A DNA stretch of 64,000 nt from NCBI RefSeq assembly GCF_009914755.1, contig NC_060937.1, one strand, 5' to 3'. The position numbers were made by a program, and so were the translations under genes. This stretch comes from the human T2T-CHM13v2.0 reference genome, Homo sapiens. A model generated the notes under the pieces. That model searched no databases. It saw only the letters and a list, made by a program, of their open reading frames with translations, and was not told the origin of the DNA. Positions 15,659 through 35,269 of this stretch are shown here, piece after piece. The first letter of the stretch is position 1. Every line of letters begins with the position of its first letter.

Positions 15659-16322
15659 TCAACACAGAGACTCTGCCCACAGCTTCACAGACTTAGGAGT
15701 GAACTTAAGGAAAGAGTGTTACAGAAATATAAGGGGATGAGCAGTAAATGACTGCTCTCACAATCTTATATTAAAATCAGCAGAACTTCAGTTGATAGTC
15801 CTTTTCTTCTCCATTTGAGGTACACACTGGAAAACTGTTGAGTTTGAAGGCCTTATTTTGAACAAATTGCTTGCATCTGTGAAAAGATTTTGTAACATTA
15901 TCACTCCTGGGAGAAGCAGACACCCAATCTTTTAAGAAGCCCCAACAATCATGAAAAAAGAGACCAGGATATAAGGGAGGCATGTTTAGGTGATCGGTTG
16001 GGTCTTGCTGTATTTCTTAGGTTTAAAAAGGTATGAAATTCATCTGCTAGAAGTACTCTCTGTGTCTCTGATCTTTGTTCTTAGATATAACCATAACTCT
16101 TCAGTTACACTGAATTGCTGCTCTCTCATTTATTCATTTTGCTATTCTTTCCCATAAACATTTTAAATGTTAAGTCAGTCAGGCCCCCAAATTCGTCTTG
16201 TCAGATACATGTTTTTCCAATGCTAATTCACTTATAACTCTAAGAAGATGGCATCTCCATACTAAGCACAAATGTACTTTTGTTACTTGATATAGGCAGG
16301 CAAACCACTTGGCAAATCTGTC

Positions 16323-16688
16323 TCAATTTTTCTTCGTATTTAATATTTTTTGATCCAGTAGATCAGTTTTAGAATGACGACTTGACTTAAGAAGGGATCT
16401 AGGAACAAAAGCAAAGTTACTTTTGGAGTGTTTTAATCTCACAGTAAGCAAAGAATCAAAATCAGATCTGAAAGATTTCTTTATTTCTATTTCAGCAGCT
16501 CTTTTATCAAACAAATCCCTATCCATATTTTTTACAAAGAATAAAGAAATTGGAAACAGCAGCTCTTTTGGAGTATGATGCTGGGATTTATTGAGTGGCT
16601 GGATTCTATGATTATATTGGTTCTTAAGCTCCAGAGGACAGTGACCTTCAGAGTCCGTTGCCGAAGGCAAATGTTCTCTAGAAGGGTC
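16323..16688 (-). pseudogene. Terminal coding exon of the minus-strand pseudogene (DPSREHLPSATDSEGH...LNTKKN*)
   Basis: Acceptor ttgctctttttttaaag|GAC at 16688. Open for 121 codons to TGA at 16323-16325 (contains track ORF 16323..16670). Phase 0. Confidence 0.7.
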
Positions 16689-17333
16689 CTTTAAAAAAAG
16701 AGCAAGTAAGCAGATTCAATCATTTTTTATGCAACTTCCTTTTGACCTTTCCCTTGGCAAACACATCAGCAAATTACATGTAGAATGGAAATGTGCTTGA
16801 TCTGGTCAAATGACTTCTATTGATATTTTACTCCTCAATGTTTAAGGGAGAAATTGAGAGCATTGCTTATTTATTCTGATTACATATGGTAACAAGACTG
16901 TATAATATGGTCGTACTATAGAGAAGGACAGGTTTGATAACTAACTAGAAAGGCAATTTTAGGATCCATTGAAAACAAAAAGGGGCTTTCTGGCCCAGAC
17001 AGGGAAGTAGAAGGAAAAATAGAGAGCAAAAATATGGAGAGTGATTGCAAAAAGACTTGTTTTCTTGCACTCTGGGAACTTTACAGACTTTGATCTTTCA
17101 TGGGACATAGACTACGTAGGCAAGAGCAATCTATCCCTTCCTAAAAGCTAAAAAATGAAGCTACCACTGGATTAAACTGACAAGACAGGAGAAAGGACCA
17201 GACCAGTGAAGAAAAGAAAGCTGACAAAACGGGAGCTTAAAGGAGATTCCCAGCCACTTCTAAGACTTAACGAATGCAGTTTGATCTTAGGAAACTAAGG
17301 TCATGTGCTTGTTTGAAAAAACAAAGTAAATAC

Positions 17334-17387
17334 CTTCAAGAAGAGTGAATACATTTTACAGACAGATTTCTCAGGAATTCCCAGTGT
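17334..17387 (-). pseudogene. 54-nt exon (TLGIPEKSVCKMYSLFLK)
   Basis: cag|ACA...AAG|gtattt. Open, phase 0-0, joins both neighbours in frame. Confidence 0.65.
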
Positions 17388-17529
17388 CTGTATGTAAACC
17401 TGTCCGTGAGTGTGGATATATCAAAAAGAGATGGATGACTAATGAGAATACGTACATCAAAAAAGAGATTAATGACAGAAATAGTCAACAAAGCAAAATT
17501 TTAAATAAATTTATTTGCTGCAAAATTTA

Positions 17530-18830
17530 TTGTTTCCCTATTATTTGCTCATTAAAAACACTTGGGACTCAAAACAAATTTGCTCTTTCAGGTAGTTTAC
17601 ATTCTTATGGGGAAAGACAGACAATTGACCACAGTAAATAAAATATATAATATGTAAGTTGATGAGAAGTGCTATGGAGAAAAGCAAAGTAGTTAGAAAA
17701 GTTCTCACTGATAAAATTATATTTGAGCTCAGACTGGAAGGAGGTAAGGGAACAAAGCCTGGGGATAAAAGGAGGTAAAATATTCGAGGCAGACAAAAGA
17801 AGCAGCATAAAGGCCCTGAGGTAGGGAAAGGTTTGGCACATTCAAACATGTTCAGAGTAAAATAGATGAGATAAGATGTAGAAGAAGTGAGATTTTCAAA
17901 AGGTATCTAGGAATCATATTATGCAGGATCTTGTAGGTTATGTATGTCAGTTACCTATTTCTTCATCACAAACTACCCCCAAGCCTAGTGGCAATAACAA
18001 CCGTTTATTTTGCTTACAAAATCTGCAATTTAAGCAGGGATTGGTGGAAAGAGCTTATCTTTGCTCCACATGGCATCACATGGAGCAGCTTGACGAGGGG
18101 CTGGAGCATCTGCCTAAATGATAGCTTAGTCACATCCTGGCAAGGTAGTGCTGGCTGTAATCTGTGATCTCGGCCAAAACTATGGGTTATAGACCTCATT
18201 CCTACTCTTTATTATCTCTTTCTGGGTATCTTGGGCTTCCTCACAGATTGGTGGCTAGTTTCCAAGTGTGAGCTTCCCAAGAGAGCAAGGAAGAAATGCA
18301 TGGCACCTGTGACCTAGCCTTGGAAGTCACAGAGCATCACTTTCGATATACTCTACTGATCAAGTCTGCCTAAAGGTCTGTGCAGGTTCAATGGGAAGAG
18401 ACATAGACCCCATTTCTTGATGAGGAAATGACAAAGCTCTAGAAAATATATGAGGCAAAAGATATTATGTGGCTATCTTTGGAAAATACAATCTGTAACA
18501 CCACAATAACAGCTTTGAAATTTACTGAGTGAAATGGGTGCCCACTGTAGTGTTGTCAGCAGAGGAGTGACTTAAATTTTCAACAGGTTGTTCAATCTTT
18601 TTGTTGAAAATAGATTGTAGAGAGCAAGGGTTGAAACAGTCTCAACAGTAAAGAGGCTATTGTTATAATGAGGTGAGATGTGAAAGTGACTTGGACCAGA
18701 GTTGTAACAGTGGGGATGGTGAGAAGTGGGGAGACTTTGAATATATTCTGAAGGTAGAGTCAACAGGATTTGCTGAGAGATTAGGAGTGGGGTGTGTGAG
18801 AAAGAGAGGAGTCACGTATAACTCCTTGAC
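17530..18830 (-). mobile_element. L2 fragment split by an old MLT1 LTR (about 17941-18500)
   Basis: L2 motifs (aaggccctgaggtaggga, gtggggatggtgagaagtgg, tatattctgaaggtagagtcaacaggatttgctga) flank an MLT1-like block (caaactaccccc..cctagtggc, gacctagccttggaagtcacagagcatcactt). Confidence 0.65.
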
Positions 18831-19049
18831 TCCCCTTCAGAGAGGATATCCCCTCCCTGCTATAAATGACTAGTTTTTATTAGATTTTGTCACCATTAAA
18901 ACAATTCAAAAATGAATAAAATACCAAAATAAAACCTGTTTGAATGCAGCAGAAAGTTCCCAATGCAGCCAGGATCTGGGGATCCAACACGTCAAAGGGA
19001 AGGGAAACATGTGAAAGCAAGCCCAACATCTCATGCTACTTTTTCCTTT

Positions 19050-20800
<1,751 letters not shown>

Positions 20801-21780
20801 TATTAGCTATTAAACCCATATTTCCCCAAATCAAAATTCCTCAGTGTTATAATAGTAATTGTAACCACTGTACAATATTTATGGGAGATTGAGAAGTAGA
20901 TTATTTGTGTTGAGAATATGTCTATTTTCATTCTTTTGTTTCATAAGGTCCTGTGCCATGGAAGCCTTGAATTCCAGTGCCCGTTACTTCTTCTGCTGCC
21001 AGTGGCTCCCATTTGTGTTCTCTCCTGTGGCATCGGATTCGATGCAGAAATGGGGTAAATGGCCATGTCCAAATATTTGTTCTTTACTTTGTCACCTGAG
21101 CCTTTAAGTAGCAATGCTAGTGTCCAGACTTGGAAGAGGTTTTACAAAAATAGCTCCCTCAAAATCTAACTCTATTCTTCCTGCCAGTGGAGCTTAGGGA
21201 TAGTCTAAAAGAGCCAGGATAGGGTCAGATGCCACTACTTCTACTCATTTTACTCTCTTGCTTACAGATTTTACTCTCTTGCCTACAGATACCTGTGTAC
21301 TCATCAGCTCCTATTCCTCCAGCTCAACCAAAGTTCTTTTAACAGTAAAAACCAATATGCAAAGAAGAGGAGGAAGAGATGGAACCATCAAGCCCTCCTG
21401 GGCTCAGAATATGTGTGTGTGAGCGCACATACACAGGTGCATGCAGCTTTGCAATATAAGATTAAACTGTACAATGTTCTATAATCTCCATTTTTCCATT
21501 CACTATATTATGAACATCTTCCAAATCACCATATAGTTTTGTATAACACACATTTTGATGACTGAACAGTAATGTATTCTCCACAATTTGTATTACCAAA
21601 TCTTTACTGATGGACACAAGTTATTTAGAGTTTTGATCATTAAAAACATAGCTTTAATAAACATTCATATATCTTTGCACCCTTTTCTAATTATTCCTTA
21701 GGACAGGTTTCTAGAAGGCTATTTCTGTCACAAATATGTTCATTTTATAGATTTTAAAGTAAATTTCAGAAACACAAGGA

Positions 21781-22600
21781 CATGAACAGACATTTCTCAA
21801 AAGAATAAAAACAAGTGGCCAAGAAATACATGAAAAAATGCTCAGCATTACTAATCACCAGATAAGTGCAAATTTAAACCATAGTGAGACACCATGTTAC
21901 ACCAGTCAGAATAACTATTATTAAAAAGTGAAAAGACAACAGGTGTTGGTGAGGATGCAGAGAAAAGGGAACACTTATACACTGTTAGTAGGAATGTAAA
22001 TTAGTTCAACCTCTATGGAAAACAGCACGGAGATTTCTCAAAGAAATAAAAATAGAACTGCCATTCAACCGAGCAATCCCATTACTGGTTATCTACCCAA
22101 AGAAAAAGAAATCAAATTTAAAAAGACACCTGCACTTGTATGCTCATTGCAGCACTATTCACAACAGCGGTTATGGAACCAACCTAAATGTCCATCATCA
22201 GTTGACTGGATAAAGATAATGTGGTGTATATACACCATAGAATACTACAAAGCTATAAAAAGAATGAAATCATGTCTTTTGCAGCAAGATGGATGTAGCT
22301 TGAGGCCATTAACCTAAGTGAATCAACACAGAAACAGAAAACCAAATACTGTACATTCTCACTTATAAGTGGGAGCTAAACAATGAGTACACAAAGCCAT
22401 AAAGATGAAAATAATAAACACTAGGGACTCCAAAAGGGGGAGGGGTAGGAGGAGGGTGGGGATTGAAAATTTACGTATTGGTACAATGTTCACTATTTGG
22501 GTGATGGGTACACTAGAAACCCAGTCCCCAGCAGTATGCAGTATACTCATGTAGCAAACATGCACATATACCCCCTGAATCTAAAATAAAATAAAACTTA
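21781..22600 (+). mobile_element. L1 (L1MA/L1PB-like) ORF2 end and 3' UTR
   Basis: atgaacagacatttctcaaaaga...ggaaccaacctaaatgtccatca...ttctcacttataagtgggagctaaacaatgag; A-tail at about 22585. Confidence 0.9.
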
Positions 22601-22920
22601 AATATATATAGATGAAAAAAGAAATATCCACAAGTAAAATTATATTGATTTACATTTCTGTAAATGATATATGAGAGTGCTTTGTTTTGTTCTATTCATC
22701 AGCACAGGTTATTATGATATTCTGATCTTTGCTAATTTAGATACAAAATACTATTTAATTGCCATCTCAATTTATATCTCTTTGATTATTAATATAGCCA
22801 TTCTTTTCATACTATAGTTGGCTACCTTACTCAAGTTTCCCTATAACTAGAAAATCTTAGATGATCCCAAAGTTTTGTGGATTACCCACTGATTATTACT
22901 GGCGCAAAAGGAAGCTCTTC

Positions 22921-24480
<1,560 letters not shown>

Positions 24481-25273
24481 CCTCTAAGCATCCATCTTTT
24501 ATACAGGAATTTATAGACACACAAGCACAAGTTCTAGTTTCAGTTTTTGGGAAATGTATCTAAAAGCCCATATTCAAAAGAGATAAATGTGCAAGTCTGA
24601 GAAATTTGAGAAGTATGGTGAAATGTCCATTAGCTGTAACTAACTGGAATCATTTGGTTGGATTTGTGTGCATTTTTTTCCCTTTTAAAAGCAAATTGTA
24701 TGGGAAAGAAACCCTCACATAGCTTATGCATTACAATTTTGGAATCTTCAAGGGGATTACTTGGGTCAATGCATACTGATTCTAAACTTCCATGCTTTTT
24801 TCAATTTTTTATAATGATCAATCATGTTCAGAAGGATATTCTGAGGCACTGCAAGATTATCTTCAGAAGTTACATTACTATACTAGTGTTAGGAAGTATT
24901 ACACTATTTACTATACTAGTGTTAGGAAATATTATAAATATATTCATATAAGGATTGGATGAATATCTACAAGGATTTTGACAATGAGAAGTTTCTATTC
25001 AATTCTTGACAAAATACTTCATTCTCTGACATTTAAATTAAACCTAGTTGTGTAGTGATTATTATATATCACTAATAATAATGCTTACATTTACTGCATA
25101 CTTACAATGAGTCAGTTAGTATTCTACCACTTTTTGTGTATTTTCTTATTCTTTAAGGCAACCTCATGAAAAAGGCAGTGATGAAGAGATGAGGCACAGT
25201 GGTTAGGTCACATGGCCACTCGGGGACTCAGACCCAAACTGCCCCAAGAGCCCATGTTCTTAATTGTTTTCCT

Positions 25274-25600
<327 letters not shown>

Positions 25601-25673
25601 TGACACTACCTAGTAATGGGTTGAAAAATGTGAGGCCACAAAACCACAAGAGAAATGCCCTGTGTGAATTTAC

Positions 25674-26056
25674 CTTTGGCAGGGATGAGGCAGGATAATG
25701 TGACCCAGCAATGTGGCAACATAACTCTTTGTAAAGCTAACCCACCAATGTGGGTGACACAATGACTCCCCAGCTCAGAGACACAATCCCTTAAAGAAGA
25801 TCTGTGACAGCCCCTGCCATCGCAGGAAGGGATGATGTCCGTTCTAGCATTCACATGAACACCTGGACTGTTTCTAGATTATCTTCCAAATCATGTATAA
25901 ATTTTCCATCAATGGAATCTAATTTAAAGGAGGTACAATGCCCCAGTATGATGCCACACCCAAAAGGAGTATGTGGTTTTGTTTGTGACATCAGTGTTGG
26001 GAACCAGGTGCAACGTCCCTCGCAGATCACAAGACGTGCCCTCAAAATAGGCCACC
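25674..26056 (-). pseudogene. 383-nt exon (GWPILRARLVICEG...LETVQVFM*MLERTSSLPAMAGAVTDLL*GIVSLSWGVIVSPTLVG*LYKELCCHIAGSHYPASSLPK)
   Basis: ctttcag|GG...AAG|gtaaat. Length 2+127x3, phase 1-0, three in-frame stops and no frameshift. Confidence 0.75.
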
Positions 26057-26374
26057 CTGAAAGTATGTTTTCTTTTACTTCCATACATTCTTTCCAATTT
26101 GGCATGGGATGGGAACTTTGGGTTTGCTTCTGGGGCGTCCTTTGTTTTTAAAAAAGCTAATATTCATTTCCTCATTTTCCTTGGCAAAAAATAAAACAAC
26201 AACAATAGTAATAACACTTGGCACTAACAATGAGAACCCCGGGAAAGATTAAAAGGGGCAACTATAGTAACGAAGCTACTCCAATGGGTAGCTTCATTCA
26301 AGGGAACACTCAGAAGATTCACTTAAAAACACCAGTATGTCTATGTATCACATTTTCTTTATTCATTCATCTTG

Positions 26375-26800
26375 TGGGGGAGGTGGGCAGGTGGGAATGG
26401 CTAATAGTTAAAAAAATAGAAAGAATGAACAAGACCTCATATTTGATAGCATAACAGGGTAACTATAGTCAATATCTTAATTGTACATTTTAAAACAACT
26501 AGCAAAGGATAAATTCTTGAGGAGGTGGATACCCCATTCTCCATGATGTGATTATTAATACCTAGTATTTGATAACATAACAGGGTGACTACAGTCAAAA
26601 TAATTTAATTATACATTTAAAAATAACTAAAAGAGTGTAATCGGATTGTAACACAAAGGATAAATACTTGAAGGGTTGGATACCCCCCGTTTCCCATGCT
26701 GTGATTATTACGCATTGCATGCCTGCTTCAAAACATGCCATGTACCCCATAAATATACACACCTACTATATGCCCACAAAAATGTTTAAAAATTTAACCA
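26375..26800 (+). mobile_element. L1MA 3' UTR fragment with an internal partial duplication
   Basis: tttgatagcataacagggtaactatagtcaa and ggataaat.cttga.g.g.tggatacccc each occur twice. Confidence 0.8.
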
Positions 26801-26876
26801 AAACCAAAACCAAACACCAATATGTATATAACCTTAAATTTTCTATTGTCATACATTTATTAAGAGTTTGCCATAC

Positions 26877-27069
26877 CTTGGTAAAAATTAGACAAAAGAT
26901 GGTAACCTTATTTTGACTCTTATTCTGGATGAGCTGTTAGGTATTTCACAGCACAGGCCTTTCTTTGCAGGAACCAGTGTCTGTCACTTTTAGTGCACTT
27001 TGAACCTTCTCTGCCAAGTGCTTATGAGTTTCTCTTAGTTCTTGTACTTGCACAGTCACGCAATGTCTT
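26877..27069 (-). pseudogene. Exon (RHCVTVQVQELRETHKHLAEKVQSALK...GYHLLSNFYQ) with one inferred frameshift
   Basis: Strong acceptor tttttcctttttaaag| and donor AAG|gtatgg. Starts phase 2 and must end phase 1, so one indel is required. Confidence 0.65.
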
Positions 27070-27454
27070 CTTTAAAAAGGAAAAATAAAAGACCTTGAAT
27101 AAAACAAACAGTTGATATTGATCTAAGCTAACTACAAAGGAAAGTAATTAAAGGACGGATCATTATTTCTCTGATGCAATTTTTAATCGCCCCCGCAATA
27201 TATTCTCCACCCTGATTAAACCGCTACATTCAGAGATTTCAACTATTGTGTTCGAGGTTTCATGCAGTATAGTCCACTTGAATCACCTCATGAAAGTGAG
27301 CAAGGCAGGCTCATTGGGTTGTCATGAGCCTTTTTGTTTTTTTTAAGTCCCTGGCAAATAACTTCAATAACAAGAAAGAGTTTACAGACATGTAGTTGTA
27401 TCAACAAGAAATGAGTTTCCATTGACTGTTGGTCCAATTGTGTCTTATATTTAC

Positions 27455-27986
<532 letters not shown>

Positions 27987-28678
27987 TTAAGAAAAGCAGA
28001 ATAAAATATATATAAATTACTGTTTTTGTTACATTAATTTGCTATTTATTGCTTTTTCCTCTAAATATTGAGCTACTCATAATTTTATAACAACACTAGA
28101 TGTTGTAATAGAGCATCTTGTCTTTAGCATGATTTCACCTCTCCTTCATGTGAAAGTCTTTTCTATTTTTATTACTAAATTATTTCATTCCGATTCTATT
28201 CTCTGTACTATTTATTGTTTTTTTGTATACGTTATGCCTCCCACTTAGATTGCAATCTCCTTGCAAAAAGGGGAATATATCTTTCCTTCTTTGTATTTTT
28301 ACCATCTGACTCAGTCCTGTAAATGCAGTAGATAAAGAAGAAATGTTTCTTGATTATGATTTGGAGTTTGTTTAATGAAAGTTATTTTTTAAGTGAGAAA
28401 ATATTAATGTGATACATGTAAAATAGTAGTAAAACCAAGAGGATCAATAATATTTATGAAGCATGTATGACATACCACCCACTATATATACTTTACATAA
28501 TATAACCCTTGAGGTAGTTATTTATTATTTCCACTTTTCAAATATGGAAATGAAGACTCAGTGAGGTGAGGTTCAGGAACTTGACCAGTGCCAAACAGTT
28601 TAAGAGCTGCAGAGCCAGGTGTTAGGTCTGGCTGACTCTAAAGCATGACCTCCCTCCATTATGCTGTAATGCCTTTCA

Positions 28679-29184
<506 letters not shown>

Positions 29185-29538
29185 CTGAGAGAAAATAAAT
29201 GTCTGAACCCAAATCAGAGAATATAAATGAGTGACAACTCAATGAGGAGAGGAAATTCCCAGCAAAGAGATTGTGACAGCATGAGAAAAAAAAGATGAGG
29301 GTAAGTAAAGGAACTGATAGGATGTCACTATGTGGGTAAAAAGGTAGGGAGAGGAGAAAAGATATATATGGATATGCATAAAATATTTCTGGAAGCATCC
29401 ATAAGAAATATTGTTTGCTCCCAAATAGTGATATTGAGTTGAGGGAGATTGAGAAATAGGAAGGAGATTTTTCACTACATGCTCTTTTTTGTGTGTTGAA
29501 TTTTATAAAATCTAAGTTAAAAATAAAAATAAAATGCT

Positions 29539-29670
29539 GGGCCAGCTATGGTTGCTCACACCTATAATCCCAGCACTTTGGAAGGGTGAGATGGGAGGAT
29601 TGCATAAGGCCAGGAATTCAAGACCAGTCTGGTCAACCAAGTGAGACCCCATCTCAAAAAAAATAATAAA
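29539..29670 (+). mobile_element. Alu monomer (FLAM-like)
   Basis: Left arm only plus A-tail; TSD aaaatgc. Confidence 0.8.
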
Positions 29671-29958
29671 ATGCAAATGAAGAGACTAACGTGGCTCTAT
29701 AAGTATCCCTTGAACACAGAACTAAAAGATATAACAGTAATAGTAATAACGAAGTTTTGTATATGTCTGAAATACATAATTTATAAGGTGTTCTTGCATG
29801 TATTATGTAATTTAATCATAATTTCATAATGGTGTTCCTTATAAGATGGGATATGATTTAGCTTTATTTGACAAAGAAGCTTAGATTAAGCAACTTGACG
29901 CAGGTCGTATGGGTAATAGATGGCACTCGAATGCTTTGACTCCAACCAAGTTCAATAC

Positions 29959-30023
29959 TTCCATCATACAAAAGAGGGCAGGAGAGAAAAATCATCCAGA
30001 AACACATGAAGAGCACCCTCAAC
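29959..30023 (-). pseudogene. 65-nt exon (LRVLFMCFWMIFLSCPLLYDG)
   Basis: ctattctaacag|G...A|gtattg. Phase 2-1, open. Confidence 0.6.
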
Positions 30024-30138
30024 CTGTTAGAATAGGGTAGACAGAGTAAAGCCCAGATTAAGATAAAGCTAACAAAAATGCAAAACACTGCAAATTTAAA
30101 TATAGTCAGAACAAGAACAAGAATTTCCTAAAGCCCAC

Positions 30139-30217
30139 TTCCTGTGAAAGATGACAGAGAGAAGATGAACTTGGCCACATTCTAATTTGCTTTTATCATC
30201 TCTGTCGACATGATTGG
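30139..30217 (-). pseudogene. 79-nt exon (NHVDRDDKSKLECGQVHLLSVIFHR)
   Basis: cttccttctttccag|CC...AA|gtgggc. Phase 1-2, open. Confidence 0.65.
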
Positions 30218-30320
30218 CTGGAAAGAAGGAAGACACTTGAGAAAAACAACTGAAGTCTGAGATTAGTTAAGGGATAAAAAGAGAGTACATAATTACTCTA
30301 ATGAGCTTGAATCTCATTAC

Positions 30321-30366
30321 CCATTGAGATTACACTCTGGATACAAAATGAGCTTGTGTTAGTGAT
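30321..30366 (-). pseudogene. Exon (ITNTSSFCIQSVISM); may extend further 5'
   Basis: ctcttgtcctccacag|ATC...G|gtaatg. Phase 0-1. The same frame stays open upstream to about 30420, so the acceptor is uncertain. Confidence 0.5.
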
Positions 30367-30579
30367 CTGTGGAGGACAAGAGAGGTGCTGAAAGGCTGAA
30401 TATATGTACATCTCCAATTTTTAAAGGGATGAAGAAAACAGATCTTGCAAACCACATGCCATAAACTGGGTTTACTATTGACTCTAGAGACAATTCTAGA
30501 TAGGATTAACAAAGAAATCACTTAGAAACCCTTTAAAATGCCCTAGTCACAGAATGGAATCAATGTTTTAATTAGATTA

Positions 30580-30961
30580 TATATTAGTTTGCTTGGGCTG
30601 CCAAAATAAAATACCACACATTTGGTGATTTAAGCCACAAAAACTTATTTTGTTGTAATTCTGGAGTCTAGAAGTTTGAAACCAAGGTGTTAGCAGGGTT
30701 GGCTTTTTCTGAGGCCTCTCTCTTGGCCTACAGATGGCTGTCTTTTCCCCATGTCTTCACATGGCCTTCCCTTTGTACCTGTGTTTAAATTTCCTCTTCT
30801 TGTTAGGACACCCATTATATTGGATTAACCTACCTTGATGACCTCATTTTAACTTAATTACCTCTTTAAACACTATCTCCAAGGTCAGTTACATTCTGAG
30901 CCACTGGGGAGCTAGGACTCTAATATAGGAATTTTGGAAGGCTACAATTCAGCCCATAACA
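30580..30961 (-). mobile_element. MLT1A/B/C-like solo LTR
   Basis: tatattagtt..gggctgcc...acaattcagcccataaca; 5-bp TSD gatta/gattt. Confidence 0.88.
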
Positions 30962-31056
30962 GATTTCTTTTTATTTTTAATGATGATATAGCTGAAAACA
31001 GAAAAACAAAATATGTTTTTTTTTTTTAACTAAGATGGATGGCTGGTGTGTTAGAA

Positions 31057-31166
31057 TCAAATGGAGTATTCTTCCAAATTATATTCCCTGCTCCTACGCC
31101 ACACATAGAGATTCTGGTTATTCAGTATTCTCCTCCAAAATTCTTGATACAAACATATATGATCAC
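31057..31166 (-). pseudogene. Exon (GDHICLYQEFWRRILNNQNLY...), 3' boundary unresolved
   Basis: Acceptor aag|GT GAT at 31166, phase 1, matching the upstream exon that ends GAG G|. No clear donor. Confidence 0.5.
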
Positions 31167-31620
31167 CTTTGATCACATAGTAAAGGAGAGGTGAGGATAT
31201 GATTTCTTGATCCTCAAACTTCAGGGCAGGGATAGTGGTGGCAGAGACCAAATGTCTGAGATGTACCTGCAGGCAAGAAAGGAAGGTCCCTGAACCATCT
31301 AGGGCTGGGAAGAGGCCACAGGACATAATAACAGAAAGTCCTGAAAGGGCCTTTAATGACTGGAGCTGTACAGTAAATGGACAGGAGTCTTCTTAAGATA
31401 ATGAGTTCACTACAGAGGATGGATAGAGTTGTAGGTGGGATTTGTATTGAGGATAAAGTGTTGATTTAGCTTCTACTACCAATCTATTGATTCTATCATT
31501 TATGATTCTCTTATCATTGAGATAAGAAAATTAAATATAGAGAGATTAGTTTTCTTAAAGGATAGGTCCAAATTCAGAGGCTACACCTGAGATTGTACAT
31601 TGATAGAAGCCTATTTTATA

Positions 31621-32210
31621 CAGTCACATACTGAAGAAGGATGTTTTAGTTAAAAATGGACTGCACATATTAATACAATGGTGATCCCATAAGATTATAA
31701 TAGAGCTGAAAAATTCCTATTGCCTAGTGGCATCATAGCAGTTAAATCATTGCACAATTATTTTTTGTAAATTTAGTGTAGCCTAAGTGTACAGTGTTTA
31801 TAAAGTCTGCAGTAGTGGACAGTAATGTCCTAAGCCTTCACATTCACTCACCACTTACTCACTGACTCACCCAGAGCAACTCCCAGTCTCACAAGCTCCA
31901 TTCACGGTAAGGGCCCTATATGGGTGTACCACTTTTTATCTTTAATACTATTTTTTTGCTATACCTTTTCTATGTTTAGAAACAAAAACACTCCACACTG
32001 CACCACAGTTTTCTACAGTATTCAGTATAGTTATATACTATGCAAGTTTGTAGCCTAGGGGCCATAGGCTATGTCACATAACCTAGGTATGTAGTATGCT
32101 ATATCATCTAGGTTTTTGTAAGAACACTCTCCAATGTTTGCACAATGACAAAATCTCCTGACGACACATTTCTCAGAAGGTATCTCCATCACTGAGTGAC
32201 TCATGGCTGT
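31621..32210. mobile_element. Tigger3/MER7-like DNA transposon
   Basis: cagtca...ggtgatcccataagattataatagagctgaaaaattcctattgcctagtg...catttctcagaaggtatc...catggctg. Confidence 0.8.
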
Positions 32211-32239
32211 ATTTGCATGACTCTTTACTGTATCCAAAG

Positions 32240-34185
<1,946 letters not shown>

Positions 34186-34884
34186 ATAAAAACTGATTGA
34201 TTCCCATTCAAGAGTGTGAATGCAGCTCATATATCTTTGACAGGCATGCCTGGATTTCCTGAGATGAGTGGCCTCTTAACATTCTGGTATTGCTCTTGCC
34301 CGCTACTACCATGGCTTTAGTAGCAAAAAAAACAGGCAAGGCTTTGGGAGGCACCCTGATGTTTAATCATCACCTGGGTTATACTCAATGCCTGACTACA
34401 TAGATACCCCAAACTCCACTCTCACTGACTTTCACAAGAGATAATGAAGAGGATTTTTTTTAAAGGGGGTATGGTAGGTGGGGAACAAATTTATAAAAGG
34501 AGGTAGAGAGAGCTCTGTGGAGAGGTTCAAGATCAGAAAATAGGCAGCAGAAGTTCAGCTGTCTAGAGAAGAAGGGAAGCATCACACACCATGCCTCCTA
34601 GCTGCAAGGGGAGCTCAAAAAACATCTCACAAAACCCCTGTCACAAATCCAGAAATGTACCAGAAGGGAGACACTGCACCTCAACCTAGCTGGGCAAGAA
34701 ATTCAGAGACAGACTGTGGCATACCTCACCCAAAAGTGGGTTATTTGTGACATTAAAGGAAATTGCCAAACAGGTAACCCAAGGCACGCTGAATGCCTGC
34801 AGGAAAGCAGCAGGAACAAGTTCATGCTGCAGCAGAGTCAGGTGCATGGGCACTCTGAACACCACGATGGTTGGCAGTCCAAAA

Positions 34885-35078
34885 TCATGGCTGGCAAACT
34901 AAGGCCTGTGGGACAAATATAGCCCAAGGCCTATTGCTGAATAGCCTGGGAGTGAAAATGATTTTTGTCTTAAAAATATTATATGTATTTAAACGATGAG
35001 CATGGAATAGAGACCATATGACTGCAAAGCCACATTTGCTATCTGGCCTTTTACAGAAAATCTTTGCCAACCCCTGTA
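34885..35078. mobile_element. MER58-like hAT MITE
   Basis: ggcaaacta.ggcctgtggg.caaat...atctggccttttacagaaaa.ctttgccaacccctg. Confidence 0.8.
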
Positions 35079-35269
35079 CAGACTCTCTCTGTACAGCTAA
35101 GTCTTATATCATACCCAGATCCAGAATAGTTTACAGAAATGCACTCACTGGGATGAGATAGTTTTTTAAAATGTTGAAATTATTATGGCCAACTTGGAGT
35201 TCTCCATGTGAAAGATTAAAGAGTAGACTTTATTATCTTGCTTCTAAGGATACTCTTGCTCTGAAGCGA

